From the IMG/VR virus record IMGVR_UViG_2061766007_003026: a stretch of 45,753 nucleotides of DNA; one strand, written 5' to 3'. The stretch comes from an uncultured virus (IMG/VR IMGVR_UViG_2061766007_003026) (taxonomy: Duplodnaviria > Heunggongvirae > Uroviricota > Caudoviricetes). A model generated the notes under the pieces. It did no database searches. It saw only the letters and a list, made by a program, of their open reading frames with translations, and was not told the DNA's origin. How positions within the stretch are numbered: the stretch's first letter is position 1; every line of letters begins with the position of its first letter. Below, piece by piece: positions 22,815-33,112 of the stretch. The position numbers were made by a program, and so were the translations under genes.

Positions 22815-25250
22815 CTCGGCATTTACTGCGTCAAGGAGGTCATGCACGGCATCTTCCAGTTCGTCCGCATAGTCATCGGCACGGAAATACTTGAAGGAAC
22901 CATCCGGTCCGAACTTGCGGCAGAACTTCTTTACCTCAGTTTCATTCATCTTGTCCACTCCGTCGAGAGACAGGAGGATAGGCCTTGCAAGCATCGGCTT
23001 GGCTTCATCAATAGCGAACGGCTTGGCCTCTTGCCGAATCTCTTCCGGGAATGCGAACCCGAACTTTTTCATTGCGAATTCCATAGACGGCAGACGGATA
23101 TTCAGGGGAGGGACGGCAGCGTTGAGGTCAAACCCGAAGCCGTCATCTTGCGGCGGCTGTTGCGGTGCATTACCGTCATCCGTATCTGCCGGGTCTTCAA
23201 CTGGTTCCTCAGTGTCTTCATCCGCACCCTGCCCGGCATCAACTACCCGAGGTGCAACAACGATACGGTCAAGTAGCGCATTCGTCGTCTGGGTATCGTA
23301 CTTGCGTTCCATCTTGCCGTCAATAAGTTCCTCGAATACAAGGCCCTTCAGGTCATCGACCGCATCTTCCTTTGACACGACGCCTTCGCGTGTAACAAAG
23401 ACAGCGTTCTCGTCCTTGGATATACCGTTTCCATGGCTGAACCTGAACTTGGCCCCCTTCGCGATAGCCATGCTCAGGAACTCGAACAAGGTAGGGACAC
23501 GCCAGCCTGCAGGGATTGCATGCAGCACAGTCTTTGCACTGTAGAATACAAAGTTCCTATCGGCATCCAGGTCGTTCACCAGAATCCTCTGCTTGCCTTC
23601 ATTGAGGGTTTTCCAGCGAGTCTTGTCAAAGCCAAGCGGGGTAATCATCTCAAGGGCGCTGTACTCATCAACAAACACGCCGCAGTAATTGTCGTCACTG
23701 TACATGACATACTTTCCGTCCTTGTCCAGCTTGTTCTCGCCGGGGTCGATTGTGTCTGCACGCCATTGACGGTAATTATCGCATGCCTGCTGATAGGCAT
23801 GGCTCTCGTACGAATCGTAGTTGCCGGAATCGCTCATCTTGCACACGTCGGAAGACAGGTACACCTTTGCGTGGCCGTTACGGTCGATGTCAATGGATGT
23901 AAGCGGCATGAACTTGTTGATGCATACCGGGTCCGGTATAACTCGTTCGTCGTCCACTTCCCCATTATGCGGAATCTCATCCATATCGATTTCCATATCG
24001 ACCGCCGGGTGATAGACAACTCCTCCGTTGCCTACAGTGAGGCGACTTTCGGACTCATAGCGGAGACCCTTCTTCGAATGCAGGTCATCAAAACAATACC
24101 AGTCATACTCAAGAGCCTTGCGGTTGTCGGCAACCCCGGTGCTCTCACGGATATCCGGGACCGATATATAGGATATGGGGTCAAGCATCCATTCGCGGTT
24201 CCCGATTACCTCCGTGCGGTATGCGCGGCCATCCCTCCCGTCAACGAACTTGCGCTCACGCGTACTGCACTTTGCGTTCACCGCATGGGTTATCTTGTCT
24301 GCTAGTTTCTTCGCCCAGCTAAGGCATACCTTGTTGTCCTTCTGGCGGGCGCGTTTCATTACGGACTCAACGTGGTTGTAGTCCCTCTTGCTGAACGGGG
24401 GACACAGCTTGTAGAACGGGCCGCCCATGAGTTCAGACAGTTCCCTTTCGGAATACTTGTTGTCGCCCTTGCGTTCGTCGATATTGTCGTGAGAGTGGTT
24501 CCAGCGGTTGTTCACGTGCATGAGACGGCCATCGGGACCGATATCGATGCCGAGCATGGACTCGCCATACAGCGGGTCGTCTTCCGTCATCGTCTCGAAG
24601 CCGGGCAGTACCGCAAGATACAGCTTCACCATGGAAATCCTGGAGTTGCCCTTGGAATCAGTCTTTCGGCTGTAGGAATACGCCTTGAACATGTGCTTGG
24701 AACCGAGGTGGCACCAGTTATGCGGGGCGGTGTACTGGTAATACTTGCTGGCCGTGACAAACGAGTCCAGCCAGATTACCTTGTATCTACGCGGGCCGTA
24801 CTTGATTCTGCCGAGCTCGCGCTTCAGTTCCTTCCAGTTACCGGACACGGTACTGCCAAAGCGGTCGACGAGGTCCTTGAACGAGAGTTCCTTGCCGTCG
24901 ATTGCGATGTGGCGGGTAAACTCGGTAAAGTGCGCGATAGAGATGATACGTACGAAGTCGCGGAGGTCTGCAAGCTGGCGGAAGTCCTCGTCGCCTGTAC
25001 CGAAGAGGAGCTCCCCGTATGCGATACGGGCAAGCCCCGGGGCGAACTTAATCTTGCACTGGCCGTCACGGAAGAACTGCCTGCGGAGTTCCTCGTAACA
25101 TGCACGGGTCCATGACGATATATTCCTGTTGAACGCAATCTCGGTATAGATGCGGCGGATTTCGTTCACGTTCGGAAGGGAAAGAAGCACCTTCTTGGTG
25201 TATCGGTATGCGTCGCCCTCGCTTCCCGGGCCAAGTTCCTTTTCACTCAT
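22815..25250 (-). CDS. Large protein, N-terminal domain paralogous to 28582..30033, degenerate FISUMP-like domain (C-terminus in gap)
   Basis: KFAPGLARIAYGEL, NNRWNH, GG.FY.LCPP shared; FVDGRDGRAYRTEVIGNREWM and IPAGWRVPT resemble the Fib_succ_major domain. Confidence 0.75.
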
Positions 25251-25325
25251 GATAGCCTTGATAGTTATGGTTTAACGATATAGAAATGGGTAGGCACTTA
25301 TAGGCCTACCCCAAATATAGCAAAA

Positions 25326-25580
25326 AGTTGGCGTTCATGCGCAACATCTGTGCAGGCCAGGTTTTGCACGCACCGCGACGGAGGCGACACCGTCGACCGC
25401 ACCGCAAGCCGTTTAGACTCCTCGCGGAGGGCCACAGCACAGGACAGCATCAAGCCAAGCGCAGCGCCAGGCCCGACCCGCACGTTTCACGGAGCCCTAG
25501 GTGGCTCTCCTGTCCCCAGTTTCGAACCTAGGAACATTCGAATGGCCAACTCCGCGTGATGCGGCGCATGTACGCCAACT
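25326..25580 (-). ncRNA. ~255-nt structured RNA candidate directly downstream of tRNA-Gly(CCC)
   Basis: Terminal inverted repeat AGTTGGCGT(A)CATGCGC/GCGCATG(A)ACGCCAACT; GC-rich internal hairpins. Confidence 0.55.
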
Positions 25581-25583
25581 TAG

Positions 25584-25656
25584 AGCGGGAAAGGGGACTC
25601 GGACCCCCGACATCCACCTTGGGAAGGTGGCGCTCTACCAACTGAGCTATTCCCGC
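25584..25656 (-). tRNA. tRNA-Gly(CCC)
   Basis: Loop TT-CCC-AA; promoter at 25665; trailer CTA. Confidence 0.9.
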
Positions 25657-25717
25657 TGATATACCAAATATAGCAAAAATCTCCTGGCGTGGAGGCGGGT
25701 ACCGCGAAAAAAGTGAA

Positions 25718-25945
25718 TTATTTCTTCAGGATTTTCACGTCCCCGGTGATATCCAGGATTTTCCCGTTGAGGAAATACACCCGGACGAACCGCTTCCCGG
25801 TCAGGTCTACGCTGTACTCCGCCTTCCTCACGTCGTTGAGCACGTAGGTGTAGCAGAAGCTCGGGCGGCACACCTCCACCTTGACGGGCTTCCCGGCGAA
25901 TACTGAACATGTGAGCAGTGCCAATACAATCAGAATCTTCTTCAT
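25718..25945 (-). CDS. Small secreted hypothetical protein
   Basis: MKKILIVLALLTCSVFA signal peptide; GGAG RBS. Confidence 0.7.
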   Translation of the reverse strand: MKKILIVLALLTCSVFAGKPVKVEVCRPSFCYTYVLNDVRKAEYSVDLTGKRFVRVYFLNGKILDITGDVKILKK

Positions 25946-26025
25946 ATCATTATCTCCAATTGTAAGTTTAGCGAAACACAAAATGCCGCCCGCCAGGGAC
26001 GGCATTCCGGATGATTCAATACGTG

Positions 26026-26187
26026 TCACCTGTGTATCTCGTACTGCACGTCCCCGCATGTTGCGGTCGAGTCGGTCGACGTACACCACGCGTCAGCGCC
26101 GGTCTCTCCGGCGGAGCACCCGAGAAAACATACGTTCATCACGGCGAGCAGGAGCACCAGGACAATCGCGATTATGTATCCCTTCAT
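26026..26187 (-). CDS. Small putative lipoprotein
   Basis: MKGYIIAIVLVLLLAVMNVCFLGC lipobox-like; follows the ligase. Confidence 0.5.
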   Translation of the reverse strand: MKGYIIAIVLVLLLAVMNVCFLGCSAGETGADAWCTSTDSTATCGDVQYEIHR

Positions 26188-26194
26188 GGCGCAC

Positions 26195-28519
26195 TCACTT
26201 GAGCAGGTCCAGGAACTGCTGCAGGGTTTCCGGGGTGTACACCGTAATCTCCTGGCCGGCCTTCCTGAGCTCGTCAATCTTCTGTACCTTGGACGGACCG
26301 GCGTTGTCTCCCATGAGCACCACGTTGCACTTCTTGGTAATGGAAGAACAGATGGTACCGCCGTTGGCAACGACCATGTCCTTGAAAACGTCTCGGTCGA
26401 GCTTCTCGAACGTGCCGGTCATGATGCACACCTTCCCGGCGAGCTTCGCAGACTGCACTTCCTTCACGTTCTGGGCGACACCCCATGTAGCGAACTCGGT
26501 AAGGGCACCCTCATACTTGGTGACGAACTCGCAGAACTTCCCGGAGATTACCGGGGAGATACCCGCCTTCTGGGCACGGTAGCAGAAGTCGTCGATGAAC
26601 CCGGTAGGGTCGCCATCCTGATAGATACGGATGAAGCCGCCGGCATCATGGACACACTTGGCCACGGCAGGTGCTACCTGGTGACCTAGGCCAGGAATGG
26701 ATAAGCCTTCGATAAGCTGATGGAGGTAGTTTCCCTTCGACTTGTCGATGCTCTGCAGGAGTTTCTTCGCACCGGCTTCAGTCTTGCCGCATGCGTCCAT
26801 GATGTCCTGTATGGTCAACGTGTAGAAGTCCGTAAAGAAGCGGAGCTTGCCTGCCTCCAGCAGCTGTTCCACTATCGACTCGCCGATACCCATGATGTTC
26901 ATGCATTCACGGGATACGAAGTTGGCGAGCTTGCCGCCAATCTGTGTACGGCATTCCTCGTTGGAGCATACCCAGGCGACCAGTTCCTTGCCTTCATTGT
27001 TCACCTGGCACTTCAGTTCCCCGCCGCAGCACGGGCAGGTAACCGGACGGAGGTAGCGTTCATATGCCTTCTCCGTATCATTCGCGGGAACCCACGGCTT
27101 GACNNNNNNNNNNGCATGCGCGGGTCCAGGAAGAAATATTCCTGTTGAACGCAATCTCGGTATAGATGCGGCGGATTTCGTTCACNNNNNNNNNNATGCG
27201 GAATCTTGTCCTTGTCGCACTTGGTACGCTCGACTTCGTAGGTATCCTTGGAGCGACTGGTCTCGGAACACTTCACGAGTTCCGGGATGATTTCGCCGGC
27301 CTTACGGATNNNNNNNNNNGTGTGGAATCTTGGCCTTGTCGCACGCGGCACGCTCGACTTCGTAGGTATCCTTGGAGCGGCATGTCTCGGAACACTTCAC
27401 GAGTTCCGGGATGATTTCGCCGGCCTTACGGATTACTACATGGCAACCCTTGTGCAGGCCGAGATAGTCGACGAGGTCCCAGTTGTGCAGGGAGCAACGC
27501 GATACCGTCGTCATTGCCAGATGCACCGGCTTGATGATGGCGACAGGAGTGATTGCGCCGGACATGCCGATGGACTGCTCGATGTCAAGCAGCTCGGTCT
27601 CCTTTTCCTCCGGCGGGAACTTGTATGCACGGTAGAAGTTCGGGGACTTCGCGGTGTATCCGAAGCGCTTCTGGTCTTCCTTGTCGTCCACCTTCAGCAC
27701 GACGCCGTCAATTGTATAGGGCTGCTCGAAACGCTTCTCGCGCATCTTCTCGGCCAGCGCCACGACGTCGTCTACGTTGTCTGCAACCCAGTGTTCAGGC
27801 ACCTCGAAACCCATCGCCTGCAGGTCAACGATGTCCGCATCCTGGAAACGGTTGGGACTCCCCTTGACGATGAGGTATGCGACGAACGACAGTCCGCGCG
27901 ATTCCACCTCGTCGGGGTCGTGCGACTTCAACGTGCCCGATGCGCCGTTCCTGGGGTTGGCAAACGCCTTCTTTCCTTCGGCAATCAGCTGGTCGTTGAT
28001 TGGTTCAAAGTCCGCGTATTTCCATACGGTCTCGCCGCGGATTTCCACTTCGTCGAGCCACGGAATCCTGGTAAGCACGCCCTTCACCCGGAGCGCATTC
28101 TCGAACACGGAGTCGCCAACGTTGTCCTTGCCACGGGTAATCGCGTCAACCAGCTGGCCATCACGGAACTTCAGGGCAAGGCTCAGGCCATCCAGCTTGT
28201 ATTCGCCTTCCAGACGCTTGACTCCGTTGTTGAACATCATGGTGGCCCATTCACGGGTCTCCTCGATACCGTTGGAGTTGGCGATTGAAATCATCGGGAT
28301 TTCGTGCTTCACCTTGCGGAATCCGTCAGCCCCGTCCTCCACATGGCGCGTTGGCGAGGTATCCAGGATTACACTGGGGTTTGCCGCCTCGAATTCCTTT
28401 AGGAGGATGTAATTCTTGTCGTATACGTCGTCCGGTACGGACGGCGTGCCAGCGGCGTATTCCCTTGCCCATTGGGTGAGAACGTCGCACATCTCTGCAT
28501 ACTGCTTGAAGTCTATCAT
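26195..28519 (-). CDS. ligA: NAD+-dependent DNA ligase (fragmented by gaps and allelic overlaps at 27104-27319)
   Basis: EYKLDG adenylation motif, EIRGE, ANPRNGASG, IDGVVLK, AYKFP, IRKAGEIIPE, C4 zinc finger, HhH, C-terminal BRCT. Confidence 0.95.
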
Positions 28520-28581
28520 ATCCCCAAATATAGCAAAAAGGCCGCCCGGCGGCGACCTTCCATAATTTCATGACGGGAGAA

Positions 28582-30033
28582 CTACGCATCCCTGACAAGA
28601 CGGACCGACAGTCCGACCATGTCCCCTATGCTAGTACTGGCCCCGGTGTAATTGTAGCTTAATTCAACATAGCGGGCCCAGTCGAAACTGTCTTCATACC
28701 TGTCACTGGTCCAGAAGAATGCGAAATGCCGCTTACATCCCACGCCCCTACGACCATGATAGAGGTCGTACTTTCCGGCCGGTTTCGCGTCGAACCCGTA
28801 CGTGTCGAACCCGTTTCCGTTTTCATCATCGTCCGGTCTCCATCCTTCGGTCGACTTGAGGTTGAGCCCCGCCTTTTTATAACCTCCGCATGTCTCTATG
28901 AGCTTGTCCCAGTCGTCCATGGAAGGGAGACGCCAGCCGTTTCCGTACGCGGCAGCCGCTTCCTTTGCGGCATCCCAGGTAAAGTAGGTCTCGTCGCCGA
29001 CGTGGAATATCCCGCGCCTCCTGTTCGTACGCATCTGCAGGTTGTGGCTCATCCATACCTGGTCGCCGATGCGTATCGAGTCGTTGTCGATGCGCTCGAC
29101 ATTCCGTTCCGGCATTGCCATGGGCGGGCACAGCTCGAACACGTTCCCCCCGAGGACGTTGGACAGCCGGGTGGCGTCCATCGCCTGGTCGGAACCGCCG
29201 TTGGCATGGTTCCACCGGGTCGTCACCGCCCGCAGCGTGCCCCACGGGTCTACTATGATGGATATGAGAGACAATCCGTAGCTGTCAAGCGGCGCGTCCG
29301 GGCCCTTTACGGGTTTCAGCCGCCTGAAGTTCGGCCTGTACGCGAAATATACCCTGTTCATCCCGTCGGCGGTGTACGAACGCCACATGTTCTCCATGTG
29401 GGTGATGCACCACGGGGAATCCGGGTTAGTGTACTTGAAGAATTTCGTCGCGCTCTTGTAGTCCGGAATCTCCTTTATTACATAGTCGCTTGCCTGGTAA
29501 TCAGTCGATGCGAGTTTCTCCTTGAGTTCGTCGTCGGCCTTCTGCACGACAGTACCGAACCGCGTCTCCAGTTCATCGTAGGACATGCCGTTGAGGTCGC
29601 CGTCATACTCGCCGGCGTGTCCGTCGGAAATCAGCTTGACAATCTTCTTGAGTGAAGCCAGCTTCCGGCTGTCCTGGCCACGGTTCTCCAGCTTGAGTTC
29701 CCCGTATGCAATCCTGGTGACCCCCGGTTCGAACTTCTGGTTCGCACCGTCATGGAAGAACATGTTCCTGATTGTGCGCTCTAAATACTCGATGTATGTC
29801 TGCTGCTTCCCGCTCATGGTCAGCACGGGGTTCCCGGCGTCGTCCACGGCAATGTCGTCCCATCTGGATGCAAGCTGCGGGAACAGGCTGCGGATAACGT
29901 TCTTGGACTTGTGCGTGGCTACTGAGGCCACGTCCTCGAACAGGGCGCAGTATGCCTCGGTAAGTACATTGCGGCACAATGTGTTTCCCGGGATTTCACT
30001 CAGCAATTCTCTCAATACGTCCATGGTAACCAT
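28582..30033 (-). CDS. Protein with C-terminal Fibrobacter succinogenes major paralogous (FISUMP) domain
   Basis: IRIGDQVWMSHNL, YFTWDAA, GWRLPSMDDW, LKSTEGW, GFDAKPAG, AFFWTS, GLSVRLVRD. Confidence 0.85.
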   Translation of the reverse strand: MVTMDVLRELLSEIPGNTLCRNVLTEAYCALFEDVASVATHKSKNVIRSLFPQLASRWDDIAVDDAGNPVLTMSGKQQTYIEYLERTIRNMFFHDGANQKFEPGVTRIAYGELKLENRGQDSRKLASLKKIVKLISDGHAGEYDGDLNGMSYDELETRFGTVVQKADDELKEKLASTDYQASDYVIKEIPDYKSATKFFKYTNPDSPWCITHMENMWRSYTADGMNRVYFAYRPNFRRLKPVKGPDAPLDSYGLSLISIIVDPWGTLRAVTTRWNHANGGSDQAMDATRLSNVLGGNVFELCPPMAMPERNVERIDNDSIRIGDQVWMSHNLQMRTNRRRGIFHVGDETYFTWDAAKEAAAAYGNGWRLPSMDDWDKLIETCGGYKKAGLNLKSTEGWRPDDDENGNGFDTYGFDAKPAGKYDLYHGRRGVGCKRHFAFFWTSDRYEDSFDWARYVELSYNYTGASTSIGDMVGLSVRLVRDA

Positions 30034-30096
30034 CCGCTTCGATATCCATAGTTTATGCGGCACCCGAATAAACTGCAATAAAACAGGGGTATAATT

Positions 30097-30969
30097 ATGA
30101 AGAATATAGCTATCAGCGTAAACGGGGGCGGCGCACTGGGCATCGGTCCACTTGCCTTCATGTGTAGGCTCGAATCAGACCCGGCCTTTGTCGGCCAGAC
30201 AATTTTCAAGCGGTCGTCGGCATTCGCCGGAACATCCACAGGCGCAATCATCGCCGCCTGCCTGGCGGAAGGGAAATCAGCCCATGACACCTTCGAGCTG
30301 TACCGAAAGAACCTGAAGAAAATCTTCACGAAATATCCATGGTACAAGAGGATGACCGCCGGTTGCCCGACCTACGACAACAGCAACCTGAAGAAACTGT
30401 TGAAGGCAGAGCTTGCCGGATGCTGCAGCGACTGGCAGAAGCCTGTATTCATCACCACCACGTTCATGAACGGTCCGAGCGTCGAGAAAGTGTGGGACAC
30501 CGGTGACGTGTCAGTCCCCAAGTGGTTCGCCGTACTGACCTCCACTGCGGCACCCACCTACTTCGACGTCATCGTGGACAACGGAAAGAGCTTCTGCGAC
30601 GGCGGAATGTGGTGCAACGACCCAATCATGACACTGCAGGCCGGTATGGAAAAGGCCGGCAAGAAGAACTACAAGATTCTGTCGTTCGATACCGGTATGA
30701 CCGTACCCAACACGGACTCCGGAAACAAGACTCTGCTAGGCTGGGGAGAATACATCCTAAAGAACTGGGTTGCCCGCGCCGGTATGTCCAACTACTACGA
30801 GGCCTGTGCCAACATCGGCGAGAAGAACGTCTTCCGTGTATCCCCGTCTATTTCCAAGCCAATCGAGATGGACGACACGTCGGACAAGACCGTGCAGAAG
30901 GTCATCGACCTCTGGGATGCCGAGTACGACAAGGTGAAAGCCAAGCTGCTCGAATTCATGAACAAGTAA
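30097..30969 (+). CDS. Patatin-like phospholipase
   Basis: NGGGALG, GTSTG nucleophile elbow, AAPTYF, DGG. Confidence 0.92.
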   Translation: MKNIAISVNGGGALGIGPLAFMCRLESDPAFVGQTIFKRSSAFAGTSTGAIIAACLAEGKSAHDTFELYRKNLKKIFTKYPWYKRMTAGCPTYDNSNLKKLLKAELAGCCSDWQKPVFITTTFMNGPSVEKVWDTGDVSVPKWFAVLTSTAAPTYFDVIVDNGKSFCDGGMWCNDPIMTLQAGMEKAGKKNYKILSFDTGMTVPNTDSGNKTLLGWGEYILKNWVARAGMSNYYEACANIGEKNVFRVSPSISKPIEMDDTSDKTVQKVIDLWDAEYDKVKAKLLEFMNK

Positions 30970-30984
30970 GCTTCCTGCATGCCA

Positions 30985-31017
30985 AAAAGAAAGGCGGTGG
31001 ATTTCCACCGCCTTTTA
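30985..31017. terminator. Bidirectional terminator between convergent genes
   Basis: AAAGGCGGTGGA-TT-TCCACCGCCTTTT. Confidence 0.75.
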
Positions 31018-31020
31018 AAA

Positions 31021-31605
31021 TTATTGGGCCGCTCCACCGGCACCACCTCCGCCATCGGCATACCCGACGTCGGTTCCCTGGTAGTCCAGAGGATTGGTAA
31101 TAGTGTACCCGCAGCGCATCGGCATCGTGCAGTTGGGCACTCCCATGAACAGGCGTTCCTGCTGGTTCCGCTTGCCGGTCCTGGAAAGTTCATCCATGAC
31201 CGCGTTGTTGTACTTCCCGAAGTTTGCGGGGGTAGGCGTACCTGCAGTCCTGCCGTGGAGAAGCGCACTGTTGAGCTGTCCCTTCTTGAACTGGGCAAAG
31301 TCCGGGACTTCCCATTTTTCCTTCGCGGTCTCCTCGCCGGTGTCCCTGGTGCAAGTGCCGTTGATGATGGTGTTCACCTGGGCAGGGCACACGTCCGGCT
31401 GGTTAGTGCCGGAAGCGGCGTGCGGGACCACGTGCATGAATCCCTTGTAGTCGATTGCCGGGGTCTGCCTGGTGGCGGACGCGGGCATGAACTGCTGTTC
31501 CAGGAACAGCTTCCGGTAAATCTTCACTGCCTCGAGCACGGTCGGGGACTGGGTTTCCCGGTACATGTCGTCCATGAACTTGAGTATGGCGTTATGCCGT
31601 TGCAT
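31021..31605 (-). CDS. Hypothetical protein (possible virion/head protein)
   Basis: 194-aa ORF coupled to 31592..31906; N-terminal LEA...LFLE motif. Confidence 0.7.
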   Translation of the reverse strand: MQRHNAILKFMDDMYRETQSPTVLEAVKIYRKLFLEQQFMPASATRQTPAIDYKGFMHVVPHAASGTNQPDVCPAQVNTIINGTCTRDTGEETAKEKWEVPDFAQFKKGQLNSALLHGRTAGTPTPANFGKYNNAVMDELSRTGKRNQQERLFMGVPNCTMPMRCGYTITNPLDYQGTDVGYADGGGGAGGAAQ

Positions 31606-31906
31606 TCGTAGTCCCCTGCTGAGTGCCGGTCACCCCGTTCGTATCCTTGGATGCAACACCGAGAGTATCCCGGAGGTTACGCACCTTGTCATCGGCCGTC
31701 TTTGCCGCATCCTGTGCGCTCTTGAGCTGGGCAGGGATGGTGTCGGCCTCGTCGCTCTTGACAAGGTTGTCCACGTTTACCGGGATGGTCTCGCCATCCT
31801 CGAACATTGCGGTGAACGCGGCCGATACGCTCTCGGCGAAATAACCCGGGGCATCCCCGCATGACTTGACTACGGCCCTATGGAGTACATCGATGTTTCT
31901 GAGCAT
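31592..31906 (-). CDS. Hypothetical protein (possible virion/head protein)
   Basis: ATAAACT upstream; FAES...AMFE motif. Confidence 0.7.
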   Translation of the reverse strand: MLRNIDVLHRAVVKSCGDAPGYFAESVSAAFTAMFEDGETIPVNVDNLVKSDEADTIPAQLKSAQDAAKTADDKVRNLRDTLGVASKDTNGVTGTQQGTTNATA

Positions 31907-31984
31907 AGTTCATCCCCCTTACTGGAACAGTTTATACAGAAAGGCCCCACGTACCGGGGGCCTTTAAGGGACGTACCGCCAAAA

Positions 31985-33112
31985 TCAGCGAAGTATCAGC
32001 GAGAGCACGACAATTACCAGCGACAGCAGGGATACCGCCAGGGGGATATACTGCTTCGCCCTGTCGTGCATGACGAGGATGGCAATCTGGTGTCGAAGCC
32101 CGGAAATGCGCTCGTCGCTGTAGTCCCTGACGCTGTCGCACTTCTCGTCCATCGCCTTCATCGCGTCGACGACCATCGCGTCCATCTCGGCCAGCTTCTT
32201 CTCGTTGGAGTTGGCCTTCGCCAGGGCCTGCACGGCCGCTCCGTGGACCTTCATGCTGAAGTCCGAAATCCTGCTTATGGTGTTCGCCATCACCTTGACC
32301 ACGCGGAGTGACGCCGGGGCTTCCAGGGCTTCCCCGTTCGGCCCGTTCATCTGCTCGCGCAGGTCGTCGTCGCCGGACATCATGTCGGCAGCGCCTTCGA
32401 ACATGCCGTCGAGCCCGTCCTCTCCCACCTCTATCGAGCCGCAGGCTCCGAGTCCATCGGTCTGCGACAGGAACTTCGGCATGTCGTAGTCGTACTTGCC
32501 GAAAACCTCCCAGCTCTGCAGGATGGTGTTGATGAGGCGCTCGAGTTCCTTCTGGGAGTTCGACGTGAGCTCGTCCTCGGTGGGCTCGTTCATCTCCACC
32601 TCCATGCGGCTGATTTCGTCGTCCAGGTCGGCGTCGCTGATGGATAGCCCGGCATTCTTCTTCATGCCCACCAGGAACATGTCCGGGTAGATTTCGGTAT
32701 ACTTGTCGTAGACCCAGCCGCGGAAGGACGGCACCTTGGACTCGCATTCCGACGCGGAACATCCGCACAGGACGACATAGAAGCTCGATATCCCGTCACA
32801 GTCAAGCACCGACTTGTAGTTCTTGCTGTCAAGGAACACGCTGGTCTTTATGCCGCTGCCGCTCTCGCCGAGACGCTCGACCACGCGGCGGAACAGCCAG
32901 TTCCCGGTAATCGGGACTACCGTGGGGCACAGGGCGAGGATACCGGGAATCGCCCCGGATTCGGCCATCGTGTCGGTCATTACGGCCACCTGCCCGTAGA
33001 ACACGTCCGTCAGTTCGGCCGTATCCCACAGTTTCTTCCTGCAGAAGATGTTGGCGTCGTCAAAGTCCTGCTTCTCGCAGTCATAGCTCATTATGATGTT
33101 AATTTGCCCCAT
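31985..33112 (-). CDS. Hypothetical acidic protein with coiled coil and C-terminal TM helix
   Basis: 375-aa ORF ending PLAVSLLSLVIVVLSLILR. Confidence 0.75.
   Translation of the reverse strand: MGQINIIMSYDCEKQDFDDANIFCRKKLWDTAELTDVFYGQVAVMTDTMAESGAIPGILALCPTVVPITGNWLFRRVVERLGESGSGIKTSVFLDSKNYKSVLDCDGISSFYVVLCGCSASECESKVPSFRGWVYDKYTEIYPDMFLVGMKKNAGLSISDADLDDEISRMEVEMNEPTEDELTSNSQKELERLINTILQSWEVFGKYDYDMPKFLSQTDGLGACGSIEVGEDGLDGMFEGAADMMSGDDDLREQMNGPNGEALEAPASLRVVKVMANTISRISDFSMKVHGAAVQALAKANSNEKKLAEMDAMVVDAMKAMDEKCDSVRDYSDERISGLRHQIAILVMHDRAKQYIPLAVSLLSLVIVVLSLILR

Noticed and set aside
25326..25580. Retron msr-msd (terminal inverted repeats)
   Set aside because: No reverse transcriptase gene in the window.
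1317..25656. Amber recoding or suppressor tRNA suggested by frequent CTA
   Set aside because: The CTA lies 3' of the discriminator, not in anticodons; no CTA/TCA/TTA anticodon was found, and long genes read intact in the standard code.
1320..25656. HDV-like (theta) ribozymes at tRNA 3' ends
   Set aside because: I could not fit the nested double-pseudoknot pattern directly after any discriminator by eye; a motif search is still advisable.
27114..27185. Insertion within ligA
   Set aside because: It duplicates 25100-25169 of another gene between two gaps: a misplaced contig.
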